From assembly GCA_003707115.1 (NCBI GenBank), contig PPNB01000002.1, positions 1 to 64,000 on the forward strand: DNA of 64,000 nt, written 5' to 3'. Shown one piece after another: positions 19,219 through 30,954 of this stretch. The position numbers were made by a program, and so were the translations under genes. Source of the stretch: Tortispora ganteri. Lineage: Eukaryota. The notes beneath the pieces were generated by a model. That model searched no databases, was not told the DNA's origin, and saw only the letters and a list, made by a program, of their open reading frames with translations. Position 1 is the stretch's first letter. Each line of letters begins with the position of its first letter.

Positions 19219-20343
19219 TTATTTTCGCGGAAGTATGCTGACTTTCCAGTTTGAACTTGAAGACAGTTGGTCAGGGAGAGATTCGTGATACAATTGTAAG
19301 GTAATATTCAGATCATGAAACACATGTTGATCAATGTAAAATAATTCTTGAGGGGTTGCAGTATTGATATCGTGATTATACATAACATTCAATGCATGTA
19401 TTGGTTCAGGTGTATTCTGGTTTGTGAAATATATGTCAGAACTTATGACTCGTATAAGGAGAGCATCATTGAACTGGTAGAAGAAATGACCATGCGCATG
19501 AATTGCCTCTAAAATCAAATTAGAAATGACTTGGACTGAGGTGAAATCATGCGAAAAAAAGTTCCATTTAGGTATTTTAATAGTCCCGGAGTCATTGAGG
19601 GACATTCCGATTGGTGCGCTACAACTGTTGCATCTGACGACGTCACCAGCGATCTAAATTCTGTTAGTAACCACATAAAGAATAAGAAAATGCATGTCCT
19701 TGTTGCACTTGCTACATGTGGCATGAGTACAGATAATCTTAAGATATATCGGCCAAAGTAGAATATGCAGCTTCAAGAATGTTGTTCTAGGACCTTAGTA
19801 TCGAAACAAATACATCAATACGTACAGGTTTCTTCTTCGAAGGTCCATTATGGCAGTTTAGCTTACCTTAATCAGACAATTTTTTGCATTTAAAAGCAAG
19901 TAAGTGGATGCAGAATATACAGTACCTTCCTGGCATTGAATATTGTGAGACACCGCATACCTTAAGGACGTTGTCTCTGATACGGGTTCGTGACAGTGCC
20001 ACAAGTCTAAAAGCTCCTCCCAGTATTCTGAAGGCAGGTCGAAGCAATACTTTGCGCCGCTTGTAAGCACCATGTTACAATGTACGCACGATAATGGCTT
20101 ACCTTGCAGTTCAGACGCTGGCCATATATCTGGTATGTCGCGAAAGTGTTGTTCGACATCTGCGTTTGAAGCCAATTTCAATGTTGTGTCATTACAATCG
20201 CCACAATATGATGTTTCACACGCTAAAATATAATTTCTGCCATTAGAAACAGTCGCTATATTCCTACATACACTCTTTACTGGCTCTTCGCTGACAATTA
20301 GTACCCTTGAAAGTCGCGGAAGATATTCCGAGTAAAACTTCAT
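19219..20343 (-). CDS. IPA1: Ipa1/UBE3D-like HECT_2 protein (about 303 aa); exons 20343-19867 and 19653-19219, intron 19866-19654 (213 nt)
   Basis: MKFYSEYLPRL start, CVHC, and DLPSEYWEELLDLWHCH signature. A phase-0 intron GTAAGC...TACTAAC-AGAATTTAG joins LIK to IAGDVVRCNSC...IKIPKWN, merging two track ORFs and restoring the second CxxC. Confidence 0.88.
19692..19848 (-). ncRNA. SNR81: Intronic box H/ACA snoRNA, snR81-like (predicted guide for U2 Psi42 and LSU rRNA Psi1052 equivalents)
   Basis: Hairpin 1 is GGACCTT/AAGGTCC plus GAAAC/GTTTC with pocket AAGAA/GATACT. H box AGAACA at 19788-19783. Hairpin 2 is TTCTTG/CAAGGA plus CTAC/GTAG with pocket TGCATATT/AAGT. ACA box at 19697-19695. Ends are approximate. 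Confidence 0.85.
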
Positions 20344-20677
20344 ATAAGGGACTGGGTTACATAGGCAATTTTCCTGTGGTTTTATTAGGCAAATTGACCA
20401 ATAAAAATCTCCCATTTCTCCCAAATACTTATAAAACTTTTTCATTCTCAATCTATATCCCATCATCCCCCCCTTCCTCGCGAGACCAATTTTTTTTTTC
20501 TTTGTCTTTTTCTTTATTACTAGTGGATCCTATTATTAATTTTACCTGCTACATTGATATTTCTATAGATCTCATTGTATAATTGGAGATTTATTTGCCC
20601 ATAGAGGATATGTTTTAAGAATTCACTTCTTTCACACCTCTTAGCACCTTTACCGTACGCTTCATTTTTGATACATC

Positions 20678-22531
20678 ATGGCTCCTGTAGAATCTCCTGT
20701 TATGGCAGGCACGCCATTGATTACCGCACCATTGAAACGTAAAAGACGAAACGATGCTCCTGTTACAAACAAGAAAATCGAAATTGACATCTCTTCTTCC
20801 CCTTACCACTCGCATATCACACAAATTATTGAATCGTCAAAGAATGGCAACTTAGATCTTCTTAACAGTTTGATAAAGCAACTCAAGAACGACTCAGACT
20901 CTGATCCATCTTTAACACCTCTTTCAGACGATGACTTGAGCCATATTCTCACTGCTCTCACAGCTGAAATGTCCCACTTAGATGCTCCCGTTTTCTCCGA
21001 GCTCATCGTTACTATCCTGAACCTCAATTGTACCATTCATCGTTCAAGCGTCACCAAACTCCATGTCCGATTTTTAGCTGTACTAGTTTCTACGGCCCCT
21101 AAGTGGATTAGTGAAATATATAGACGTATAGTCGCTCGATTTGTCTATCCGGCGTCTGAAGATGACCATTATGCTATCAACTCAATATTGTCTGTTGTAC
21201 CAACATCATCTTCTACTTTAGGGAAAATTATCACAAAGCAATTTCCGGATATAGCGGAAGAAACTGTTTTGATAGTTAACTATTTGGAAAACTGCCTCCA
21301 TGTCCTTCGTTATTGTCCTGAATTGTCGCAATCTATCTGGAATGCGATCTTTGAGATCCTTGTCCGCATAGATGTTGAGTTGGTCCTTGACGATGACGAA
21401 GAAGAAGATGAGGATCAAATGGACCAAGCTGATTCTTGCGACGGCTTGTCTAACCACTATGAACGCCCGCAGAGACACGTAAGGTTTGAGGATGACGTGA
21501 TGTCGGAAAACGAACAATCTTCTCCTGTACATGGCGCATCTGAGCCACCTGTCAAGTCAGACGATATCGACGCCAAAGAGGAACTAGTCGATGAAGGCGG
21601 TGAAGTCGAGGAAGACGATAATAGCCCCTCCGCTAAACAGTTACGTGCTACACTTGATGCACTACTTGCACGAATTTTCTGCTCATGTGAATTTGCATTT
21701 TCAGAGTCTGCTGCTTATTCTGAAGATACTTCCGCTCTATACTCGACGTTTCTATCAGCATTTCGAACGTATTTATTGCCGACGCATCGAACACAGTTCA
21801 CACAATTTTTAATTTTTAAAGCCTCGCAAGCATCCCCAGTTTTCATGGATGCGTTTCTGGTATGTCTTATTGAAGCAGCGCTTTCACCTTACGATAATAT
21901 TCAGTGCAGGCTGAAAGCAGTGCAGTATATTGGATCTTATGTTGCACGTGCAAAGTCGTTAACCCGAGGACAAATGCTTTTTGTTGTTTCTATGCTCGTT
22001 TCTTGGGTTGATAGATACATCCGGGAAAGGGAATCAGAGGTTGCATCAACAAATTCCATGATTCGCTTTTCATTGTTTTACGCGGTTGTTCAATCAATGT
22101 TTTATATTTTCTGTTTTAGGCATCGCGATTTAAGACACACCAAGGAAGATGACATTGAGAAAGAAGCATTAGCAGCAACAGAGCTGCCAGCTGCGCCCAG
22201 TGAATGGGTTTTTGGTTTGGATCAGTTTTTCCAGCGAGCGATTACATCGCAATTTAATCCGCTGAAGTACTGCAACAAGTCAGTTGTATCGATGTTTGCA
22301 AAAGTAGCACAGCGCCATGATGTTGTTTACTGCTATTCTATTATGGAACAGAATCGCCGTGGACTTGGGCTACAACGTACGCCGTCTGTACAGTTGGTGA
22401 ATAGCATTATTGATTTCACCGAAGTTGAAGCATACTTTCCGTTTGATCCGTTCACGTTACGAAATTCGAAACGTTACATTACGAATTTGTATGTCGATTG
22501 GTCATCAGTAGCGGATATTAGTGAGGATGAA

Positions 22532-22566
<35 letters not shown>

Positions 22567-22648
22567 AGAAGAAGAAGATGAGGAAGACATGAATACAGAT
22601 TCCGATTCGGAGGATTCCGAAGGATCTGAATCTGAAGTGGAAGTATAA
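20678..22648 (+). CDS. RRN3: RNA polymerase I initiation factor Rrn3
   Basis: LLPTHRTQFTQFLIF, AVQYIGSYVARAK, FYAVVQSMFYIFCFR, FNPLKYC, YFPFDP; acidic tail. Confidence 0.95.
22529..22576 (+). repeat. (GAA)n microsatellite encoding 16 Glu in the Rrn3 tail
   Basis: Read directly; one GAG interruption. Confidence 0.95.
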
Positions 22649-22895
22649 GACGGTGTCATCGATTCCAATTATTTAATCAATTAGGGCCAGGAAGGCAGAG
22701 GTGATCTCTAGTACAGGTTTGTTTTGGTAAAACATGCAAAATATAACAATTATCACATAAAAGGATAGCACACTATAGTGTATTAATAGGTAACAGCCAA
22801 GTAATAAGTGGGAACTCTTCATGGGGACTTTTCACCCACCACCACCCTAGAAAGTGGCAACCACACTACGACAATTTTTGTGATTCATAAGAACG

Positions 22896-23594
22896 ATGCA
22901 GATCTCTTCTAGCAAAGTAATTTTGTTTGCGAATTGCATTATTGGTCAGCTGGTAGGATATGATCTTCACGAGTTTAGCAATTACGCTCAGGAACCATTG
23001 CTATTGAACGGTGATACCAAACCACTTGGAGACAATAAAATGGAATTTTTTGACTATCTAAGATCAAGTGGCGTTGAAGTTAGAAACAAACAGACATACG
23101 TCGAAGATGACGTGAAATTAGATCCTCACGGAGGACCTATGTTCCTTGACACTGCGCTCACCGTTGAACAGTCAGTGAGCACGTTTTTTTCTGAAATACG
23201 GGAAGTGAAGGGCATGAACGAACTACTATCATCCAAAGATGCGTATACAGTTATACTTGCACCTACGAACGAAGCCATGATGAAACTGCCTAAGAAGCCA
23301 TGGGCATTTCCGCGCTCTACTGAGCATATTCCATCAATTATAGCCGATATGCTGATATCGCGCAACATCAAGGATTTCGTCTATAGACACACTATTGCTC
23401 AACGAATTGCAGATGCACCATTCGAAGACGCTAAATGTACAGATGGAGCTACAGTTTCGCTGTTGCTGCATGATGGTCGTGCCTATATAGAATGCAAGAA
23501 AGACGATCGCACGTTCAGTAGTAATTTGATAAAGGTTATACAAGTGGACAATGGCGCGATCTGGGTAATTGATACGTGCTTGTCATACCCATAG
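22896..23594 (+). CDS. FAS1 (fasciclin) domain protein, YDR262W-like
   Basis: TVILAPTNEAM-KLPKKPWAFP (H1) and VDNGAIWVIDTCL (H2) fasciclin motifs; hydrophobic N-terminus. Confidence 0.8.
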   Translation: MQISSSKVILFANCIIGQLVGYDLHEFSNYAQEPLLLNGDTKPLGDNKMEFFDYLRSSGVEVRNKQTYVEDDVKLDPHGGPMFLDTALTVEQSVSTFFSEIREVKGMNELLSSKDAYTVILAPTNEAMMKLPKKPWAFPRSTEHIPSIIADMLISRNIKDFVYRHTIAQRIADAPFEDAKCTDGATVSLLLHDGRAYIECKKDDRTFSSNLIKVIQVDNGAIWVIDTCLSYP

Positions 23595-23605
23595 TATACG
23601 GGTTA

Positions 23606-23657
23606 TATTGGGTTATATAAATATGCTGGGTGTATTGGTTATATAAACATGCTGGGT
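23606..23657 (+). repeat. Imperfect ~26-nt direct repeat (TATTGG(G)TTATATAAA[T/C]ATGCTGGGT x2) in 3' flank
   Basis: Read directly. Confidence 0.8.
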
Positions 23658-25408
23658 TGTAATTTACACGAACTGAGATGTGTTAGTTTTAATTGTGTAA
23701 CTGACATTTTCCGTATCCATAAATTCGTCAGACCGTTCTAACGAGTTTGAGAGCTTGTATTACGTAGAGGCCAATGACAATATACTCCCGCATATTCGGA
23801 AGTCGCTTAACAGTCCTAAATTGGCAAAGCATTAATGTACTGCTACAGTTGAAGTAAACATGTGATAGCGAAGTTATGACACGAATGGAAATTAATACAT
23901 GCCTGATAATTTTTGAGTTAGTGACGCTAGCAATCCCGGGCATGAGTTCATTCAGTTCGAAACTCATCGGCGCATAAAGTTCATGCTGTTTATGGATCGG
24001 GACAGCTCACACATACGGCCATGCTCTCATGTTGATAATCGCGTATCTTTCTAAATACATTCGCTCATGTGAATAATAATTGCTGCTACTTGCTTTGCAT
24101 GAAGTAACGGTCGCAAAGGTTGGGTGACAGCTTAACTTTACTCTTTCACATGCCACAAATTAGAAATGTAGAAAGAGAATTTGTGAAAACTGAGAAAAGC
24201 GCAGTTATCAAAGAGTATAGCATAAATTAAAAAGCGATTAAGCATATTAAATATTATAAAGCTGAAAAAACAGGATGATACAATGCATTGCAGGTATGTA
24301 GTCTTCATAAGACAGATAGGTGTGACAGGAACTATTCCACCATGAAGCTACATCAGCCAATGGAGAATCTTTATCACATGAGACGCCGCAGCGAAATGAA
24401 GCAATATGATGACAATGGTAAAGAACGCGCGCAATGGGGTTTTTATAAAAGTGGTTTAACCATTGATTGCCATGTTTGATCGATAATGTAATATTTTAAT
24501 TGGATAAGCATTAGTTCGATTTACATCATTGTTGCATCCATCCTAGGCAAAGATCTAACTATCATATTGTGAAGAGAGAAAAGTTTATTGATGTTTAAGT
24601 GCAAATGTGTAAAGTTGTAGAGCACATAAATTTTGAGTCATTCTGATCGGACGAAGATCAAACAAGGGATTCTACAAAAGTGATGGCTCGATTTATAAGC
24701 TATAATAGCATTCATTAGTTAATGAATGGTTTTTCTTTTTGTTTCTTTCTAGCACGTAGACTCATGATGTCAATGCATAATATTCTTGGCATGTAAAAAG
24801 TACGGTTATAATGCGGTAATAATTTTTCACCGCACGAGGCGGTTTACTAAGATGAGTTGTGGTCAAGAGGAAAAACAAGCACATTTTACCGCTTCACCAA
24901 AACTTTATTAGTCACGGAGTTACTCCAGAAGTCCAATGAGAAAGATTCATGCATTTTAAGTTGAAACCTATTTTAGAACGGTATCAGGTAAGGAGATTTT
25001 TTGGCTGTATTTTATTTTTATCACATGATGTAGGTAGGTCGTAATCATCCGATCTATTGCAATTGAAACTTTGGAGTTCCAGATAGTAGAAATCAGGCGA
25101 TATTTTTTTACATCTGCTTTTTGAAAATAAGCCTAGATATTTATGTAGGTAGTCTGCACGCCAAGTGTGGTACACTTGTTAACTGAATTCCGCTTCGAGA
25201 ACACAAAAAAGTCTCTTTCGAAAAATCTGCATAAAGATTTACTTTTGAGAAACAAAAATCTCGAAACAGTAAAATCATTGGAAGCTAGATCGACTAAAAG
25301 TTAAAAACCTAACTGGCTGAACGTTTCTTACTCCGAAAGCATTATTCGAGAGTCAGAATAGGAAAAACCGAAAAAGGTAAATAAGCAAATTGGAACATTA
25401 TTGTTGCA

Positions 25409-25416
25409 TATAAATA
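25409..25416 (+). promoter_or_regulatory. Putative TATA box of the aquaporin gene
   Basis: TATAAATA about 140 nt upstream of ATG 25554. Confidence 0.45.
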
Positions 25417-25553
25417 GTGATGACTCTCGTGGATAATCTCATTTCTCAGCAACAGAAAGTATCTTTCAGCGATTGACCATTGACGATTAATCATAGCTGC
25501 TTAAAGTGCAATATATCAGATTTTATCATCACGTTACCTAAACCGTTCTTAAA

Positions 25554-26405
25554 ATGACTCCACCACCCGGTCTTCCAGTTACTGAAGAGCTTCAACAGCC
25601 TCCAAATGCACCATATGTTCACTCGGGATATAATCGTTCTCGAATTGCGGATATGTTTCCTGATCATATTCGGAATCACATGATTTCTATGATTGCTGAA
25701 TTTTCAGGAACATTCATGTTTTTGTTCTTTGCTTTTGGTATTGCTGATATAGCCAACCTTAATTTAGCGAGCGAAGGATTAACGTCAAGCAATCCTCAAA
25801 TTATTCTTATTTCGTTCGGCTTCGGTTTTGGTGTAATGGTGAATGTCATGTGTTTCTATAGAATATCCGGAGGACAACTAAACCCATGCGTTTCACTTGG
25901 TTTAGCACTTGTTGGCGCCATCACTCCTTTGAGGTTTCTTTTGAACTCAATTTCTCAACTTGTCGCTGGAATGGCTGCTGCGGGCGCGATATCTGCTATG
26001 ATTCCTGGACCTGTCAACTTTTATAATACTCTAGGTCATGGAGTAAGCAGAACACAAGGTTTGTTTCTGGAGATGTTTTTCACTGCCTTATTGGTAATGA
26101 CTGTTTTGCTCACAGCGGTCGAAAAGAGTCGATTCACGTACATGGCTCCATTGGCCATTGGATACTCTCTTTTCATAGGACATTTGCTTGGTGTAGGTAC
26201 ATCCGGTGCTGGCATCAATCCTGCCAGATCGCTTGGACCCTGTGTTGCTGCTAGATATTTCCCTTCTTATCATTGGATTTACTGGGTCGGCCCTATACTA
26301 GGAGCCTGCCTTGCGGCTGGTCTCTGGCATATGCTCCAGATCCTAGACTATACTACATGTAATCCTGGTCAAGACGATGACGGCATCGCAAAGAAAGAGG
26401 ACTAA
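25554..26405 (+). CDS. AQY1: Orthodox aquaporin (MIP family)
   Basis: [38 protein letters not shown]-terminal NPGQD. Confidence 0.92.
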   Translation: MTPPPGLPVTEELQQPPNAPYVHSGYNRSRIADMFPDHIRNHMISMIAEFSGTFMFLFFAFGIADIANLNLASEGLTSSNPQIILISFGFGFGVMVNVMCFYRISGGQLNPCVSLGLALVGAITPLRFLLNSISQLVAGMAAAGAISAMIPGPVNFYNTLGHGVSRTQGLFLEMFFTALLVMTVLLTAVEKSRFTYMAPLAIGYSLFIGHLLGVGTSGAGINPARSLGPCVAARYFPSYHWIYWVGPILGACLAAGLWHMLQILDYTTCNPGQDDDGIAKKED

Positions 26406-27187
26406 TTCGAACTTTTTATCCGCTTAGTTCATTCAACTATATCAACGAATGACAAACATCACACCTCATCTTTCAAATTAATATTTTCACGTTTTTCTTT
26501 GTTTATCTTATTCAAATAAATAATCATTCTTATCAAAGGAAAGCAGTAGTCAAGTCGTGTAAACTTCTCACCGCTAGAATGATTTTCCATCTAATTGCAT
26601 TGTGCAACTGGTAGTCTCGCAAAATCAGCTAGTATTTGGAACAAAACAAATGCTACCATACATGAAAATTGTGATGCCATAATCCATGGTACATATGGAT
26701 TAACGGATGATGAAAAAGCAAAGTGAACTTTGTAGTTCGCGAACCTTAAGCTCAGTGAACTTCAAGACTACCTGTCTGCTGTACATAGCAGTGCAGGAAA
26801 CACACTTTGGCTATTGATGGCAAGAAAAGTTTCCATGATAGAGTAATACAAACAGGAAGTGATTAATATTAATCTATGCCTAGCATTTTGGCAATTTGTT
26901 TATAAATCTGTTCGTGCAGCTCCGTTAATAAGCCCTAGTTCTGCGAAACCTTAATAAGTTTTTGATGTCCTTGATAAAGGATAAGGTATTGCGTATTGTG
27001 GTATACATATTCCTATATTATATTTTTCTCCGTGATAAAATATATTGGACATGCAATTCGAATTGTATAAGCGCCGTTAAAGCACTGTAAGGCCGAGAAT
27101 TCAAGTTATGACGGATTTGGAACGCTACTAAATAAACTAAGTTCGAAGCCAAAGTGTTCATGAAAGCATCGCTATAAGTTCCTCATA

Positions 27188-27193
27188 ACGCGT
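27188..27193. promoter_or_regulatory. Possible MCB element upstream of RNR1
   Basis: ACGCGT about 490 nt upstream of the ATG, plus CGCG at about 27494 and TATATAAA at 27521. RNR1 is a classic MBF target in yeasts. Confidence 0.35.
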
Positions 27194-27681
27194 TACATTC
27201 TCGGTACGCTGCAAAAAAGACTAGTATTTCTCTATTGTACATGCATGCTATTCATTCACACTGTATTTTGATATTTTATTTCCATGACAAAGGACCATTA
27301 TGAACATGTCCTAACGTGATGATAATATTGAAACCAAACACATAAGTGGTGGCCAAACCTTCTGCAGCTGGTATGTGAAAGATTGCTCAAAAAAGGTGAT
27401 ATTGTCAGGGCAACAGCTACATCGAAGCACCCGATTTGCCCATTGTCCCAACCGTAGACATTCCTGACTAATTCTATTCAGAAAACGCCTAGGCGCGTCA
27501 CCAACCTGCTTCGGAAAAAGTATATAAATATACAAACTAAAATTATAATCTTCCTCTCTGTTTTCTTTACTTTGTTTACCTAGTAAGAAACCGTTCTTCT
27601 TCGGTTTATTACAAAAAAGCACGTTTGTTATTGTTAGCTAATCCGCTAACCTGACTTTCATTCAAGTTCACGCATTAAAGA

Positions 27682-30318
27682 ATGTACGTATATAAACGCG
27701 ACGGAAGAAAAGAACGCGTTCAGTTTGACAAAATAACTGCACGCGTCTCGCGTCTTTGTTATGGTCTCGACACCGATCATGTAGACTCCGCTGCTATCAC
27801 TCAGAAAGTTATCTCTGGTGTATATCAAGGCGTAACTACTGTCGAATTAGACAATCTTGCCGCCGAAACCGCTGCATACATGACTACTCAGCATCCGGAC
27901 TATGCCATCCTAGCCGCGCGCATCGCTGTTTCAAACCTGCACAAACAGACCAAAAAGGTCTTTTCTCAAGTGATAACTGATCTATACGAATATGTGAACC
28001 CGCGTAACGGAAAAGCTGCGCCACTTGTCTCGAAGGAAACGTATGAAGTCGTTCAACGCCACGCGGAGGAACTTAACTCCGCTATTGTTTACGACCGCGA
28101 TTTTCAGTATAACTTTTTTGGTTTCAAGACTCTAGAGCGCTCCTATTTGCTTAAACTTGACGGTAAAGTCGCCGAACGTCCGCAACATATGATTATGCGT
28201 GTCGCTGTTGGCATCCACGGCGATGACATCGAAAGTGTCCTTGAGACTTACAACCTCATGTCGTGCAAGGCTTTCACGCATGCTTCTCCTACTTTGTTTA
28301 ATGCTGGAACTCCTAAACCGCAGATGTCGTCTTGTTTTTTGCTTACCATGAAAGATGACTCTATCGACGGTATCTACGACACCCTTAAAACCTGCGCTCT
28401 TATCTCAAAGTCTGCTGGTGGTATAGGCCTCTCCGTGCACAATATTCGCTCGACTGGCTCCTATATCGCTGGTACTAATGGTACCTCTAATGGTATCATC
28501 CCTATGCTGCGCGTATTCAACAACACTGCTCGTTATGTCGACCAAGGAGGTAACAAGCGTCCCGGTGCATTTGCTATTTATCTTGAGCCATGGCATCCTG
28601 ATATCTTCGATTTTGTTGAGTTACGCAAGACTCACGGAAAGGAAGAAATTCGTGCTCGTGATCTTTTCCTGGCCTTGTGGGTCCCCGATTTGTTTATGAA
28701 GCGTGTCGAGGCTAACGGCGAATGGTCCTTGATGGATCCCAATGAATGCCCTGGCCTTGCTGACTGTTACGGCGACGAGTTTGAAGCCCTTTACGAGAAA
28801 TATGAAAGAGAAGGTCGTGCACTTAAAGTAGTGAAAGCTCAGAAATTATGGTATCATATTCTTGATGCTCAATCTGAAACTGGTAATCCGTTCATGCTTT
28901 ATAAGGATCATTGCAACCGCAAATCAAATCAAAAGAACTTAGGTGTTATCAAATCGTCTAATCTTTGCTGCGAGATTGTTGAATACTCTTCTCCTGATGA
29001 AGTGGCTGTTTGCAACCTCGCATCTCTTGCTTTGCCAACTTTTGTTGAAGCTGATGGTGACGACGTGGTATACAATTTTGCAAGACTTCACGCGGTCACT
29101 AAAGTAATCGTTCGCAACTTGAATCGCATTATCGATATCAACTACTACCCAGTTCCTGAGGCAAAGCGATCCAACATGAGACATCGCCCCATTGCAGTCG
29201 GTGTTCAAGGATTAGCCGACGCATTTTTGGCATTAAGACTTCCTTTCGACTCAGCTGAAGCCCGTGAATTGAATCGACAGATTTTCGAAACTATTTATCA
29301 CGGCGCTGTTGAGGCATCTATTGAATTGGCCAAAATTCACGGACCTTACGAGACTTATGAAGGATCACCTGCATCTCAAGGACTTCTGTCTTATGATCTA
29401 TGGGAAGTTACTCCTTCCGATTTATGGGACTGGGATATATTGAAAGAGAACATGGCTAAATATGGCTTGAGAAACTCGCTTTTGGTTGCTCCAATGCCTA
29501 CTGCGTCTACATCTCAGATGCTTGGTTTCAACGAGTGTTTCGAACCATACACTTCTAATATCTACTCTCGTCGTGTTCTTGCGGGTGAGTTCCAGATTGT
29601 CAATCCTTGGATGTTGAAGGATTTGGTAGATATGGGATTGTGGAACGATAACTTGAAGAATAGAATCATTGCGGACAATGGGTCTATCCAAAACATTTCA
29701 GGCATTCCTGAGGACTTGAAAAAACTTTATAAGACAGTTTGGGAAATTTCTCAGAAGAGTATTCTGGATATGGCTGCGGATCGTGGTCCTTTCATTGACC
29801 AATCTATGTCATTGAACATATATTTGCAGAACCCTACTATGGGCAAATTGACCAGCATGCACTTTTATGGATGGAAGAAGGGATTGAAAACGGGCATGTA
29901 TTATTTACGTACACAAGCTGCTGCCAACCCTATTCAGTTCACAGTTGATCAAGAAGCTTTGAAGACCAATGTTGATTCAGATGTTAAGCAGGCTATTATT
30001 CGCAAATCTTACCGTCAGGTATCTCATCGCCAAGTATCTGACTCGTCTTTGGTTGCACAAAGTGAGTACCTTTCTGAAGTGAAGGACATTACCTCTAACA
30101 CTGCTCGTCTTACAGTCAGCTCGAAGAAAGGAGTGTTAAACGACGGCGAAGTAGATGAGAATACGGCTCCGGTTTCCAATGACAAGGATGAGATCGACGA
30201 TATTATCAAGCCCAGTACTAAAGCTGCAAATGAAGAGAACGAGTATGACATTTTTAATTCTAAGGTGATTGCATGCTCTATTGCTAATCCTGAATCTTGC
30301 GAGATGTGTTCAGGTTAA
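27682..30318 (+). CDS. RNR1: Ribonucleotide reductase large subunit
   Basis: ATP cone [35 protein letters not shown]-terminal CEMCSG. Confidence 0.98.
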   Translation: MYVYKRDGRKERVQFDKITARVSRLCYGLDTDHVDSAAITQKVISGVYQGVTTVELDNLAAETAAYMTTQHPDYAILAARIAVSNLHKQTKKVFSQVITDLYEYVNPRNGKAAPLVSKETYEVVQRHAEELNSAIVYDRDFQYNFFGFKTLERSYLLKLDGKVAERPQHMIMRVAVGIHGDDIESVLETYNLMSCKAFTHASPTLFNAGTPKPQMSSCFLLTMKDDSIDGIYDTLKTCALISKSAGGIGLSVHNIRSTGSYIAGTNGTSNGIIPMLRVFNNTARYVDQGGNKRPGAFAIYLEPWHPDIFDFVELRKTHGKEEIRARDLFLALWVPDLFMKRVEANGEWSLMDPNECPGLADCYGDEFEALYEKYEREGRALKVVKAQKLWYHILDAQSETGNPFMLYKDHCNRKSNQKNLGVIKSSNLCCEIVEYSSPDEVAVCNLASLALPTFVEADGDDVVYNFARLHAVTKVIVRNLNRIIDINYYPVPEAKRSNMRHRPIAVGVQGLADAFLALRLPFDSAEARELNRQIFETIYHGAVEASIELAKIHGPYETYEGSPASQGLLSYDLWEVTPSDLWDWDILKENMAKYGLRNSLLVAPMPTASTSQMLGFNECFEPYTSNIYSRRVLAGEFQIVNPWMLKDLVDMGLWNDNLKNRIIADNGSIQNISGIPEDLKKLYKTVWEISQKSILDMAADRGPFIDQSMSLNIYLQNPTMGKLTSMHFYGWKKGLKTGMYYLRTQAAANPIQFTVDQEALKTNVDSDVKQAIIRKSYRQVSHRQVSDSSLVAQSEYLSEVKDITSNTARLTVSSKKGVLNDGEVDENTAPVSNDKDEIDDIIKPSTKAANEENEYDIFNSKVIACSIANPESCEMCSG

Positions 30319-30954
30319 TACGTTTGGTGTTGATTCTAATACATGACCGTTTTTGTTGTATGCCCATATTTACTGGTTTTTGGCACACAAACGGTCCTGT
30401 ATATCTTTTTTCGTTTTGTTTTCTCTGTTTGTTTATTTCTTTCTTTCTTTCCGCTACTTGTCTTTCATTCTGTGGTTTTAAATTTCTCTAATCAATCTCT
30501 TTATAATGATATACATATAAACAATGGCTTATACATAGATTTTGGAAAGATCGAGATGAGTAGTAAGCTGTCTTACCTACACAAGTAGCGTTTAATACCT
30601 TACATTAGAAACTCAAACCCGTGATGACCAATAAAAATCTATAGTGGTTAATTTAAGGTTTCGGTGCTTCAAGTTCGCTAAGTAAGCACCGTCACTTCTT
30701 ATTCACAACCCAACAACATTTGTGAGACAGGAAACTCGCATTAGAATACCTCTTTTGGCTTTCTTTGCATTAATATCTACCAATAGATAGTTTTAATAGA
30801 CCTAATATACTTACTATTTATTGATATTGCCTGGTGTATTGACTGAAGTCAAGCCAGCGAGCGGCAAAAGAGATCTACCATTACTGTTTATGCCTTCTCT
30901 GATTGACCCCACATTACAGTATTCTTCGCGCTACTATTGAATAGAAATTTCAGA

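Noticed and set aside
30662..30691. 8-bp inverted repeat CGGTGCTT/AAGCACCG upstream of CRZ1; similar short hairpins at 26680-26702 and 57624-57665
   Set aside because: Short and isolated, at a level expected by chance in 64 kb
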